A stretch of 62,658 nt of DNA from a virus (Duplodnaviria > Caudoviricetes), in IMG/VR virus record IMGVR_UViG_3300020201_000019, positions 1 through 62,658 of that record. One strand, 5' to 3'. This document shows positions 38,195-48,327 of this stretch, piece by piece. The notes beneath the pieces are model-generated. The model did not search any database, had not been told where the DNA came from, and was given only the letters and a program-made list of their open reading frames with translations. Position numbers and translations under genes: made by a program. Each line of letters starts with the position of its first letter. Position 1 is the first letter of the stretch.

Positions 38195-38917
38195 TTAATC
38201 TGTAACACGACTGATGGCGTCAGTGGCCGTAACAGTTCGTTGAAATACAATACGATACACTCCAGATGGTAACAACCAATCGCCATGCTCTGGATGCGAG
38301 ACTACAGCAGCCGTATTAAGCCGAAAAACTGGACCACTAAACTCTAACGCTCGACCAATAGACTTAAGCATATCAGCCTTCGCCCAGTGCCGCTCGAGCA
38401 CGCCGTTAAATCCGCTGGTTGCCGACGCATCATCGAGCCTTACTTCATATGCATCGAATGCGTTGCTGGCTTCTGGTGCAGCTAATATGGGCTCGATCAC
38501 TTTATCCATCGCCGCGCCTCGAACCTTCCAATCGTTTTTCGATATGATATCCTTGCCGATATCGCGATCCTTTAATTGATAAATTTCAGTATCTTCGCTA
38601 ACTTCCAGATAATGCCGCGATCCTTTTGTATTCCCCGGCGCGAGTTGGAATGGTCCAGGTACGCTCGGTATACGCGTAAAGATAGCTGGCAACTCATCGA
38701 TAACGCTATCGCTTACCTTCTGAATATATATATCACCCTGGCGAACAGCATCGCCCACAACTGCCGCTTCAGGGAAAAATTGCATTTCATCATTTTTGAT
38801 ACGCTCAGCTACTTCTACCACTGCCTCAATTGTCTGCGATATCTCTAGTACTTCTGTCACTGTTTGTTCTCCACCGGGACTTAATCGATAATATCCAACT
38901 AACTTACGATGCGCCAA
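38195..38917 (-). CDS. RQGD/HPEH motif protein
   Basis: VRQGDIYI, LAPG....SRH, VSHPEHG...LP.G.Y....QR; typical partner of DUF6745-like genes. Confidence 0.65.
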   Translation of the reverse strand: MAHRKLVGYYRLSPGGEQTVTEVLEISQTIEAVVEVAERIKNDEMQFFPEAAVVGDAVRQGDIYIQKVSDSVIDELPAIFTRIPSVPGPFQLAPGNTKGSRHYLEVSEDTEIYQLKDRDIGKDIISKNDWKVRGAAMDKVIEPILAAPEASNAFDAYEVRLDDASATSGFNGVLERHWAKADMLKSIGRALEFSGPVFRLNTAAVVSHPEHGDWLLPSGVYRIVFQRTVTATDAISRVTD

Positions 38918-40373
38918 TTACGTGAATGGCGCAATTCGTTATTGCCAGATATGGCGAATACGCGCCATCAGCCATCCATTTTTGTGCGTTTTCGCATGAT
39001 GTGATATTGGTATTCTGGCGTACTAACATGGTCGGCAAAGACTCGCGGAGGCGCTTCGCGGTACCTATGGGCCAGTTCGCGGCATTGATTTCTGATCGAT
39101 CTATTTCCATCGATCGTATATTCTCGACCGGCCTGGGTACCCTAATCGTATATTTCCTACCAGTCGATCTACACGCCACAAGCATAACTCGTGTGGGTAG
39201 CTCTGTGCTATGTTCAGGCGTGGGTATCTCCACCAGGGCCTCAACGGTATTGTCTATCCAGTTTTGTCGGCACTCAACAACAATACACTTTGTCTCCAAC
39301 ATATAGCGAGTCCAGCCGAACCGCTCAATTGCAATTCGTCGCTCCTCTTCATTGGTTATAGAGTGTATCACTTCTGGCGTTAGCAGATCCGGCCGCATCA
39401 CAATCATCTCGCCTAAGTCTGGCCGTAACCTGTGGCCATCTATGTACCAGTGTGGCCTACCGACTGCGTATTCAATTGCTGGCCCGCTATCGCAGTGTAG
39501 TTCACCTTGCGCATTTAACTTTAACGTTGGCCTTTTCGCGAGAATCAAGATACATAATTCGCCCGTGGCTCGTAAACGCATTTTTGGGTTTAGGCCAAAA
39601 CTGTCCGCGACTGGCATACGCTTTTTTTCCGTAAATGCCATATAGCTCGGCACGTAATGCAGTAATTTCGTAGCCACCGCGGCCGATGTGGCTGTAGCGT
39701 GCACAATATCGTGGAATATCTCGTCCATGATTGCTTCTTTCCCGAACTGCGCCACTGTATTCGGCAGCGCAGCTTCTGGGAATATATCACTTAAACTCAT
39801 CGCGTGGTCACCGGCATGCCGCACGTTCCTGGATACCAAATTACGGTCAAATTTTGTGGCAGCCATAATTTCCCGGTATGCGGCGGCGTGTGGCTCGAAG
39901 CTGTGGATCAATCTGCTGGACTCCACATCAATATCGCCGTCATTCTGCCTAATTTGTTGCTGCAAGCCTAAGCGAGTTGTACCAGCAAGCTGCGGCGTCG
40001 GCGGCTGTATGTTGCTATCGCACATATAGGTCGCTATAGCCTGGCATGATGCGCTTTTGTGCCAGGGGCCCCCGGCACGCGCCAATCTATTCGAGATCGG
40101 CCCGCAGCGCTTAATGTTACGTATAAACGTGCTATCTATTCCGATCTTGGCGCACAGTGCTTCTACTCGCTTTTTACTGCACGCACCGCGTATAACGCCC
40201 TGGGCTAGAATAAACTGGATCGGCGAGTCTACGGTATATACTCTCGTATTCTTACCGATTAGTTTGTGAATTAGCCGCGTAGCGCCTTCCATATCTGCTG
40301 GGCCGGTATTAAGCAAAGTTTCGCGCCACTGGGCACATACTTTATTGATGATATTTTTAACGTATTTACGCAT
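38904..40373 (-). CDS. DUF6745-like protein
   Basis: VDSP, GELHCDSGPAIEY, I....NEEERRIAIERFGW..Y, VAC.STGRKY.IRVP, C..A..W. Confidence 0.7.
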   Translation of the reverse strand: MRKYVKNIINKVCAQWRETLLNTGPADMEGATRLIHKLIGKNTRVYTVDSPIQFILAQGVIRGACSKKRVEALCAKIGIDSTFIRNIKRCGPISNRLARAGGPWHKSASCQAIATYMCDSNIQPPTPQLAGTTRLGLQQQIRQNDGDIDVESSRLIHSFEPHAAAYREIMAATKFDRNLVSRNVRHAGDHAMSLSDIFPEAALPNTVAQFGKEAIMDEIFHDIVHATATSAAVATKLLHYVPSYMAFTEKKRMPVADSFGLNPKMRLRATGELCILILAKRPTLKLNAQGELHCDSGPAIEYAVGRPHWYIDGHRLRPDLGEMIVMRPDLLTPEVIHSITNEEERRIAIERFGWTRYMLETKCIVVECRQNWIDNTVEALVEIPTPEHSTELPTRVMLVACRSTGRKYTIRVPRPVENIRSMEIDRSEINAANWPIGTAKRLRESLPTMLVRQNTNITSCENAQKWMADGAYSPYLAITNCAIHVIGAS

Positions 40374-40884
40374 GACCTATCTCCGACTGTTGGGTTACCT
40401 TACACGTTTGATTTTGTACGCACATTTCCATTGTTAGGTCAGTGGGCCATATATACGGTAAATCAGTCGGCTCTACCCAGCCAAGCTTCCCGTAATAAAT
40501 TGGATCTTTTCGTAGTAGATTACTGCGATGGCTTGCGTGGAACGCCGGATCTCCCAGCCACAGCGGCGGGATCACACCGTGACCTCGTGCATCAAGCCAC
40601 GCCCCTGCTGCTATAAATTCAACTAGTAAGTTATCGACGTAACCGCGCGATTGCCACTCGCGGCAGATGGCCTGCGCGTAGGCGCATAGCGCGCCCTCAC
40701 AGCCCCGCCACATGCGCACCGCGGGGTGATTGACCCACCCACTCGCTTTGGGCGTATGCGAGCCCACAGGCACTCCTAGGGCCAATAATATTTGCTTACA
40801 CTCAACCCGCTGCTTCCCTAGCCGTTTCATGTCTAGCATCATTGCTGACGCACTATAATTAATATCCGGTAGAAATGTTTGCAT
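40366..40884 (-). CDS. Pyrimidine-dimer DNA glycosylase / endonuclease V family (MSMEG_6728-like)
   Basis: MQTFLP...LD.KRLGKQRVE..QIL, HPAVRMWRG, HASHRSNLLRKDP..Y, LPYIWP. Confidence 0.9.
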   Translation of the reverse strand: MQTFLPDINYSASAMMLDMKRLGKQRVECKQILLALGVPVGSHTPKASGWVNHPAVRMWRGCEGALCAYAQAICREWQSRGYVDNLLVEFIAAGAWLDARGHGVIPPLWLGDPAFHASHRSNLLRKDPIYYGKLGWVEPTDLPYIWPTDLTMEMCVQNQTCKVTQQSEIGHA

Positions 40885-40904
40885 AAGCTATCTTATTTGT
40901 TTTC

Positions 40905-41149
40905 CTGCCTCGTCCCGGGTTAGTTAATTGTTCCGCCCAGTATCACGCGATACCGGCCTCTAGTGCCGCTATAGGCCTCACAGCCTTGGCGCTCGTAGCC
41001 ATGGGCGGTCAAAGCCTGAGCTAGAAAAACCATTTTTATCGTAGCCCTCGGCATTGTACTTGTTCATGTTAGTTTCCAACTGCCTCATCACGGGTTAGTT
41101 AATTGCTCCGCCCAGTATCGCGCGATACCGGCCTCTAGTGGCGCCATAG
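40905..41149. repeat. Imperfect 70-bp direct repeat (40905..40974 and 41080..41149) duplicating the 3' end of hldD
   Basis: CTGCCTC.TC.CGGGTTAGTTAATTG.TCCGCCCAGTATC.CGCGATACCGGCCTCTAGTG.CGC.ATAG in both copies, 175 bp apart. Confidence 0.9.
40978..41067 (-). pseudogene. Frameshifted fragment of a G[YF]Dxx pentapeptide-repeat protein
   Basis: MNKYNAEGYDKNGFSSSGFDR; removing one C continues HGYERQG. Confidence 0.5.
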
Positions 41150-42098
41150 TCTCTAGATAGCCGTATCGCCGCAATTTGCTGATGTCCGCGCATGTATAGC
41201 GCTGATACTGCTCTGATAGTATCTTTGGTATTGGTTGTTCCGGCCGTAGTACCGTTTTACCAGTAGTCGCGTCGCATATCCGGGCTAGCTCAGAAAAACT
41301 ACGGGCTACGCCTGTGCCAATATTGTAAACCCCAGATGTGTGTAGTGTGGCGTGATCTAGTAAGAACAGTGACGCATCCACCGCATCATCAATATAGATG
41401 AAGTCTCGTTTAATGTTTTCACTGCCGTCGAATAGTGTCGCTCCGGCCGCGTGCGAGTCATGCTCGACAATGGTTGGCGGCAATCCGCGCGCGCTTCTAA
41501 GTATTTTGCCAGCTAGACTCATCATGTCTAATTTATATTCTTCGCCCGGGCCGTACACATTGAAGTATCTAGCGCCAATAACTGGAACTTTAAACCCTCC
41601 CGGTCGGCGTCGGCTTTTATGTATCGGTATGTGTTCTCGCACATACTGGTCCGCCATATATTTTGAACAAGCATATATAGACTGCGGCTTTTCGCATTCT
41701 GGTTCTTCTCTAAATCCAGCTACGCCTTGGCCGTAAACGCTCGCGCTGCTTGCGTATAGTATTGGCGCATTATATGTATGCGCTAATTCAATCATATTAC
41801 GCGTAAAAACAAAATTATTATGTAAACAACCCATTCCGTTCCGCGCGAGCGTAGTTGTCGTCGCACCGAGATGGATGATTGCGGTAATGTTTATTCCTAG
41901 TATCTTATGTTTGGTTGCAATAGCCCGCCGGAAATCGTTCTCGAAATGAAAGTCGGCGAACTGCTGCTGGCATAATCGTTGTAGCTGCCCCGCTCGTGGA
42001 AATCGTTCAACGCAGATAATATCGCTATGTCCGCGCGCATTCAGCGCTTTGAGCATCCTTGAGCCGATAAAGCCGCACGCACCCGTTAATACAATCAC
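41088..42098 (-). CDS. hldD: ADP-L-glycero-D-manno-heptose 6-epimerase
   Basis: IVLTGACGFIGS, YASSASVYG, YACSK, RYFNVYGPGE..K..M.S, RDFIYIDD, YQRYTCADISKL. Confidence 0.88.
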   Translation of the reverse strand: MIVLTGACGFIGSRMLKALNARGHSDIICVERFPRAGQLQRLCQQQFADFHFENDFRRAIATKHKILGINITAIIHLGATTTTLARNGMGCLHNNFVFTRNMIELAHTYNAPILYASSASVYGQGVAGFREEPECEKPQSIYACSKYMADQYVREHIPIHKSRRRPGGFKVPVIGARYFNVYGPGEEYKLDMMSLAGKILRSARGLPPTIVEHDSHAAGATLFDGSENIKRDFIYIDDAVDASLFLLDHATLHTSGVYNIGTGVARSFSELARICDATTGKTVLRPEQPIPKILSEQYQRYTCADISKLRRYGYLETMAPLEAGIARYWAEQLTNP

Positions 42099-42108
42099 AC
42101 TATTCCTC

Positions 42109-42657
42109 CTATATCTTTTTATCGCTTATGGCTTCTGCTGCTAATAAAAATATCTCGATTGGAATCGGGTCTTGGCGCGCTATAGGCACATATAGCTCAT
42201 TAAATGCATATACCTCTCTGCTAATTGCGCCTGACGGGTGGCTGATTAGCCTGATGCGCAATTCGCGCGCGGCGAGGTCTAGCACGCAACTCGCATAGTC
42301 GCCGTCGCTCGATTCGCACCTGATCATCGCCATCGGAATCGACGCAAGCGCTCTTAACATCGTGTACGCTATTTTCTGGCCGCCAAATGCCCGCACCACG
42401 TCCTGTCGCACAAGCGACGCGCGATTCCAGCAATTCTTGAGGTCAAATTCTATATATTTAACTCCTTTTCTTCGCCATTTATTGGCGTTTTCCCACAGCA
42501 CCGCGAGCCCCTTCCTTGTGTATAAACTACTATTACATAGATATTCGTTGTGGTGTTTCGGTGTAAGCTGTGCTGTAAACTCGTGTATATTCTTTAGGGC
42601 GGATATTGATGACATTGTTCTACTTTCTGTTCGCCACGGCAGCGCAGTAGTACACAC
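42109..42657 (-). CDS. Hypothetical protein (up to 182 aa)
   Basis: ORF in operon. Confidence 0.65.
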   Translation of the reverse strand: MCTTALPWRTESRTMSSISALKNIHEFTAQLTPKHHNEYLCNSSLYTRKGLAVLWENANKWRRKGVKYIEFDLKNCWNRASLVRQDVVRAFGGQKIAYTMLRALASIPMAMIRCESSDGDYASCVLDLAARELRIRLISHPSGAISREVYAFNELYVPIARQDPIPIEIFLLAAEAISDKKI

Positions 42658-42684
42658 TAACTACGTTGCCCGCTATCTAGTTAG

Positions 42685-43038
42685 TTACTGACAACCACAG
42701 CGGCAGCCAGTCGTACATACGGTGCACGGGGATGTCCGCTTAGCGGCGCCAGTATTTAGCCAATTCAGTCGCTTTGTTACTCGCAGTGTCCGCGCGAATC
42801 GAGCCCGCGGCCGCAACTTAAATTCTTTCATAGTAATTCCGGTTACTTCGGCCGCGGTATTAAACGGCATAGTCGCACAAGCGGAATCGTTATTATTTAA
42901 TTCTCGTGATGTGTCGGCACTGAAGCACGTGGTCATCGTTAACATAATAGCAGCAATCAACAATAGAACTGGCATAGGAATCTCCAAAAACGCAACACAA
43001 ATGTCGGCACATACGTGTGCCGACATACTCCGCATCAA
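42685..43038 (-). CDS. Small exported protein with Cys-rich tail
   Basis: Signal-like MPVLLLIAAIMLTMTTCFSA; ends CTVCTTGCRCGCQ. Confidence 0.55.
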   Translation of the reverse strand: MMRSMSAHVCADICVAFLEIPMPVLLLIAAIMLTMTTCFSADTSRELNNNDSACATMPFNTAAEVTGITMKEFKLRPRARFARTLRVTKRLNWLNTGAAKRTSPCTVCTTGCRCGCQ

Positions 43039-43054
43039 ATTCTATTTATGTGGA

Positions 43055-43480
43055 CTAAACTACGTCGCTTGCGCAAAGTTGCCATAATGCGTGTAGCTCG
43101 TCATGTTGTGGTAGCCTGCCCCACTCGCGGCGGTACACGCGGTTTACCGCCTCCCGCGCTGTAGCAATTTGGGCGCGCATATCTGCCGACATTGTGCTGT
43201 TTTCCGCGGCACTAATAAACTCTACTTCGATCGCCTCGTGGTCGATCGCTAGGGTGGCGGCATATAGCTTTTTAAGCAAGTTATCGACTATGTCCGCTAC
43301 TTCGTCACCGTTATATAGTCCGCTAGCATTCGCTCTACCTGGCATCTTATTTAGCAATACTGCTTTAGTGCCGGGCTTATTCTTGTGTGTTGCTGCGCTA
43401 TCCAGCGCAGTCCACTTAACGCCACCGTAAGGCGGCTGAATCGACCACCAAGCCATAGTTACCTCTGTTTTATTAAGCAT
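43055..43480 (-). CDS. Hypothetical protein
   Basis: GAGG RBS before internal MAWW. Confidence 0.65.
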   Translation of the reverse strand: MLNKTEVTMAWWSIQPPYGGVKWTALDSAATHKNKPGTKAVLLNKMPGRANASGLYNGDEVADIVDNLLKKLYAATLAIDHEAIEVEFISAAENSTMSADMRAQIATAREAVNRVYRREWGRLPQHDELHALWQLCASDVV

Positions 43481-43527
43481 GCACAGGACCGCTCACGAGT
43501 ACCGACTAGTGTGAGAAGTCTTGCGCA

Positions 43528-46500
43528 CTAAGCCACGACGTCTACCAATTTCTTTTCGCGCTGTAATGCTTTACGCAAAAAGCGTACGATCTTTGGTAAA
43601 CACGCCGCAACGTGCGATACAAAGACTGTATTAGCTTTACCGTATTGTTGCTCGAAATTTCCCATCTCGCCCAGGTGCGCACCTACGGCGAAGGCGTATA
43701 AACCTATTCGTAGTCGTTCACGCACAAATGCGCACACGCTGGTAACATGCTTTTCAGCCGGATCGCCGCCATAACCCTCGCCATGTGGGAGTCCGTCTGA
43801 AATGACGAATAAATACTTCCGCTTCGCTGGATCCATATTAAGTAACTTTGCAGCTTCCTTAATTGCGTACCCGTCGTAATTATTAGACTGCGCGACGATT
43901 GCGCCGAGGCCGCTTAGGTCGGCACCTCGTGCGGCGTGATCGGCGGTCGAGCTATAGTGTGTATACAGCGACACATCGATGCGGCCGGATCGATTAGCCG
44001 TGTGTCCGTAGATATGTAGATGCACACCAGGAATTTGTTTAACCGCTTCAGCGAGCACTATACATATTTCACGTGCGTGAATAATTTTACTGGCGCTACT
44101 CATACTGCCTGATTGATCAACAAGAATACCGACAGCAACGTCTGGTAATTTAGTGATAGTCTGTTGCGACCAGATATGCTCACAATCGTAACCTAATTTA
44201 TGTAATCCACCTTCATCGAGGTCGCCGGAGCGTGTACCGTAAACTTCACCAGTACGCCGTCCATTCTGAAACTCAAGTGCATCGCGTATCTTGCCTATTG
44301 CCTGCCGTGACTTCGCTACGATATCGCGCGCCATTGTGCGCATGTTGGCAGTTATTTCCGGCACTACATGCCGTATCGCCGGCTTAGCTCCGTCGGCATT
44401 TGCGATATACGCCACGTATGCTTCTTCAGGATCATTTCGCGCTTCGTCATTAACCTGATTTAGCTCACCTAACGCAGTTTGCGCGTTAGGCGCCGGCGCC
44501 GCGCCGAACAATTGCTCGTCGGCGACGTTCATTTCTTCAAACAGCGGTAATAATTTTCGGATCTTCTGGCCAAATTCTTCGCCTATAGTCGCCGCAGCGG
44601 AACGTTCTCGCCGCCCACCGTTCATTTTGCGGTCATACGTCGTTATCGCGATATCTAACAATTCTTCACTGGTGAGGCCGGCGCTTCCGGCCATCTTCTC
44701 CAATGTCTTAAGCGTAGTATCCGACACATTCGAAATATCCCCTGGCGGCTGGATGAGATCACCATCGCTATCTCGCCCGAATAACTCCTCTAATTTAGTC
44801 ATAATTTCGGCATTACTCGTCGCAAATGCCGACTCAGTCATCGCGTCAATATTGGCAACTGCGCCGGACGGCGAAGCGCAGGCAGCATCTTCGATCCATT
44901 GGATACTATCTAAATACTCACCAGGAGCATCCGCCGTGCTCGCAGCATTAATCACAGCATCTACTGTATTCGCAAACTTACCAAGGATCCGTTCCCCGTC
45001 CTCCGGCTTGACCGCGTTTCGGATGGTCTGGCTTATGGCTAGAAGTGGTGCGCGGCCACCTGTGCGCATATTCATTGCGCCCGAACAATTCATATAACTA
45101 TCGCGTAGTCCGCTAATTGTTCGTGATTTTGCTAGCGTATTAATGCCAGTAGCCAGCTTCGTCAAAGCTATCTCGGCTGCGTTTATAGCGCCGGTCGCTA
45201 CGGCACATATTGCCCCGGCCATATCCTGTACCGCAGCACATTCTGGTGGAGGTTTCTCGCCAAATACATCCCGCATAATGCCGCCGACGCGTGCGGCCAG
45301 TTCGCCGTCGTGCGTCCCATCTTGTTTCGCCTCCTCAATCTGCGACGCCGCCTCCGCGACAGATTGGCTAAATTTATCTTTGAGCTTATCTCGTAATTTT
45401 CTTGTAGCTTCGCGCAAGTGATCGCCGATGTCGCTCGCCAGGGCGAGCAGCGCTGCTCGCTCGTTACGTAAGGCATCTAGTACGAGACTCTCATCACCCT
45501 GTATAAACGCATTTGCGTCGAACGCATCTATCGTGCCATCGCTAGTGAGCTGGCTTAATTCTTGCTCAAAATGCTGGAATATGCGTGCAATCTCTTTTTG
45601 AATACTCAAGCTGCTCGAGACTGCCGTCGAATATCCGGCCGAAGCGGCGGGGTGCGCCGCTAGCGCCACCTCGCTGGCAATAGTGGTCTTTATAGCCATC
45701 TGCGCTGTCGTCATTAAATCATTAAGCGCCGATAGCCTATCGATTTCTGCGAGATCCTCGCTTACAGCGGCCATATCTTCTGGCCTAAGGCCGGGCCCAG
45801 CTGCATCAGAGTTACGCGCATATTCATTAATCATTTCACCGCACGCGCCAAGTGCTCGCTCATTTGCGTCTGCAATCGATGCGTTCAGCTCTCTTTTCGT
45901 GTCAAACTTCGCCGCCATTTCGGCTATAGTTTCGCGTAATTGTGTTTCTAATGCTCCGCTAACCTCGGGCGTAGTCGCCACAAAGAACGCGCGGATTTCA
46001 GCAATCAATGCCGCACATACGTCAAGGATACCATCCGCCACTATCTCTGCTCCGAGATGCCGGCCGATAATCTCATCGATTTCTGTTGGTAGCTCAAACT
46101 GCCCTTCATCGTCAATCATGTTATAGGCAATCTGGCCGATCATCGTTTCTAGCGACATTGGCGCTGTTGCAATTTTTTCCCGGACTGCGGCAAAACGCTT
46201 AGCGTGCCGGCCTATATACGGGGCAAAACCGCCCCAATCTGCCACAACAGTTCTACGAGAAAGTCTAGTGATCAAGCTCTTTGCCAGCATGCCCGATAAG
46301 CATCTATCGGTATGTGTGACGGCTAATTCCGCGCACCTTTCCGCTGTACTGGCGGCTATAATCTCACCTATACGCATTGGTAATGATTTTAATGTCGTGG
46401 TATTAATAGCGGTGATTAGGTCTACGCTAAATTCCTGTGCAATTTGTACTCGCAACAGCACGAAACCCGTCAACGCGTCAATCGCAGCATCATCCTCCTC

Positions 46501-47043
46501 GGTTCCCGATGCCGTGACTAGCGTATCCGGCGATACATAGATAACCTGGTCCTTCTTGCCACTTGGTAGTTTTTGCGCTTCACCGTTAATGTCGCTGCCA
46601 TCACTAAATTGCACGATATAATTTACGTTTTTATCTTTATCGCTAACTGTATTCGCGTTACGCGTTAATGCCCGCAAAGCGCGAATAGCCTTATTTTTCA
46701 GATCAGTGTCAGCCAAAGTGCCGTAATAACACGATCTGGTAAACGTACTACGAAATAAGCTGCTAGGTGAGTAATCTTTGTAGTGGCTATACTTGAAGCT
46801 ATTCTTACGATACCAGCGCGAATCAGTGTCATCGATTACCGACTCATATGAGTAGTCATCGTAAATGGGTCCCTGATAACCGCGCCAGCTCAGCGCGGCC
46901 TCGGCGCCATCGTCCCACAAATTATCCAACGGTCTCGACCGAGCCGCGCGATCCAGATCATCGCGGCTCCTGTTGTCGAGCTCGGGTTGGGCGGCGTCAA
47001 TAGCCTTATTTTGCGTATCAGTCAATCGCCAGTCCCGACGCAT
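43528..47043 (-). CDS. Large vWA (MIDAS) protein, CobT/NorD-like partner of the AAA+ ATPase
   Basis: SGDLD, ILVDQSGSMS, NYDG, VISDGLP; long helical middle region. Confidence 0.85.
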   Translation of the reverse strand: MRRDWRLTDTQNKAIDAAQPELDNRSRDDLDRAARSRPLDNLWDDGAEAALSWRGYQGPIYDDYSYESVIDDTDSRWYRKNSFKYSHYKDYSPSSLFRSTFTRSCYYGTLADTDLKNKAIRALRALTRNANTVSDKDKNVNYIVQFSDGSDINGEAQKLPSGKKDQVIYVSPDTLVTASGTEEDDAAIDALTGFVLLRVQIAQEFSVDLITAINTTTLKSLPMRIGEIIAASTAERCAELAVTHTDRCLSGMLAKSLITRLSRRTVVADWGGFAPYIGRHAKRFAAVREKIATAPMSLETMIGQIAYNMIDDEGQFELPTEIDEIIGRHLGAEIVADGILDVCAALIAEIRAFFVATTPEVSGALETQLRETIAEMAAKFDTKRELNASIADANERALGACGEMINEYARNSDAAGPGLRPEDMAAVSEDLAEIDRLSALNDLMTTAQMAIKTTIASEVALAAHPAASAGYSTAVSSSLSIQKEIARIFQHFEQELSQLTSDGTIDAFDANAFIQGDESLVLDALRNERAALLALASDIGDHLREATRKLRDKLKDKFSQSVAEAASQIEEAKQDGTHDGELAARVGGIMRDVFGEKPPPECAAVQDMAGAICAVATGAINAAEIALTKLATGINTLAKSRTISGLRDSYMNCSGAMNMRTGGRAPLLAISQTIRNAVKPEDGERILGKFANTVDAVINAASTADAPGEYLDSIQWIEDAACASPSGAVANIDAMTESAFATSNAEIMTKLEELFGRDSDGDLIQPPGDISNVSDTTLKTLEKMAGSAGLTSEELLDIAITTYDRKMNGGRRERSAAATIGEEFGQKIRKLLPLFEEMNVADEQLFGAAPAPNAQTALGELNQVNDEARNDPEEAYVAYIANADGAKPAIRHVVPEITANMRTMARDIVAKSRQAIGKIRDALEFQNGRRTGEVYGTRSGDLDEGGLHKLGYDCEHIWSQQTITKLPDVAVGILVDQSGSMSSASKIIHAREICIVLAEAVKQIPGVHLHIYGHTANRSGRIDVSLYTHYSSTADHAARGADLSGLGAIVAQSNNYDGYAIKEAAKLLNMDPAKRKYLFVISDGLPHGEGYGGDPAEKHVTSVCAFVRERLRIGLYAFAVGAHLGEMGNFEQQYGKANTVFVSHVAACLPKIVRFLRKALQREKKLVDVVA

Positions 47044-47057
47044 ATCTGTTCCTTTAC

Positions 47058-48239
47058 TTAGAGTGATCCGTCCGAATCGTCCTCATCGTCCTCGAGTGTT
47101 CCCGTTGACGGAGCCGCCGCCGCTAGGGCCGCCACCTCGGCCGCAGCCGCTGCGAGCAAATGCCCAAATTTACCTTGAATCACATTCTGTACGCGGAAGC
47201 GTTCGGACTCCTCGTCGCCATCTGTCGAGAAATGGTTCGACACGGTGAACTGCAGCGTATCCACGCCGCCGATTACGAAGTCCGCCGCGGCTGCCAGTAG
47301 TTGGCGTGTAGACATACTTTCAGTTAGCGTGGCGCTAATGCCGGTAGCATCCTGCCGAATTTTACTCGCCAGCTCTACCAGCAATTTTGCCATACTCTTA
47401 TCAATGCCAGTACGATTTACCAGCAAAGTAATTTCATTGGCCTTATCGAGATAATTGATTTCAACTACACGCGGAAATCGGTCACGAAACGCCCGATCGA
47501 GCGCCGCCGTACCCGTGTATCCGGCGCCTTCATTCATCGTAGCGAAGAATACGGTACCCGGACCAACGCAGATTTTGTCGCCCTTCTCTTCGAGAAACGT
47601 GAATCGACGCGCGTCCAGGAGCGGCATGAGTGTATTTAAGATATGCGGATTTGCGCGATTAAGCTCATCGAGAAGAATTACGTGGCCGCCCTGCTCGACA
47701 GCGCGGACAAACTGACTTTCGTGCCAGTACACCGTACCATTTTGCGCTGTCTTAAAGCCAAACCAGTCCCGAGCCTCGCGAAGATTTGCGCAGTCCATGA
47801 TTAGCATAGGCGACCCAGCCCGGGCCGCAAACTGAATTGCAAGCTCAGTCTTACCGCAACCGTGAGGTCCAATCAGATTAACATTCTGCGGTGAGGCCTT
47901 TCGAGCGATCTGCAGAATTTGAAATAATCTTTCAGTATTTGGATCGATGATATATGTGCTATCGGGCACTGGCTTAAACACGCCGCGCTCATCAACTTCA
48001 TCCGATTTTGGTTTAGTATCGTCATGTTTTTCGCCACTAAAGCGTTCAAGCCCATACGTCGTCGGCACGTTTGGCGGCGCCTCGGCCGACGTCTTCATCT
48101 TTCGCTTCTTAGGTGGTGTAGTTTCGGGGGTAGTAGACGGCATATGTTCTCCACACGTTAGGGTTATAGGACTCATGAACATTTTCGGCGTAACATTGGG
48201 GATATTAGGCGTCATGTAATTTATCGCGTTTATAGCCAA
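47058..48239 (-). CDS. MoxR/CbbQ/CobS-like AAA+ ATPase
   Basis: GPHGCGKT, LLDELNRA, ATMNEG..Y.GT..LDRAFRDRF, STRQL. Confidence 0.9.
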   Translation of the reverse strand: MAINAINYMTPNIPNVTPKMFMSPITLTCGEHMPSTTPETTPPKKRKMKTSAEAPPNVPTTYGLERFSGEKHDDTKPKSDEVDERGVFKPVPDSTYIIDPNTERLFQILQIARKASPQNVNLIGPHGCGKTELAIQFAARAGSPMLIMDCANLREARDWFGFKTAQNGTVYWHESQFVRAVEQGGHVILLDELNRANPHILNTLMPLLDARRFTFLEEKGDKICVGPGTVFFATMNEGAGYTGTAALDRAFRDRFPRVVEINYLDKANEITLLVNRTGIDKSMAKLLVELASKIRQDATGISATLTESMSTRQLLAAAADFVIGGVDTLQFTVSNHFSTDGDEESERFRVQNVIQGKFGHLLAAAAAEVAALAAAAPSTGTLEDDEDDSDGSL

Positions 48240-48327
48240 CCTGTGCAGCTAAATAGTAAATCCGGTGTGCGGGCCAATAATATGGTACGCACACCGGACG
48301 ATACTGGCGTCAATTCCTCGATCGAAG

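Noticed and set aside
40905-41149. Prophage att sites or DGR TR/VR pair
   Set aside because: Only 105 bp between copies, no integrase or RT, and mismatches are not adenine-specific
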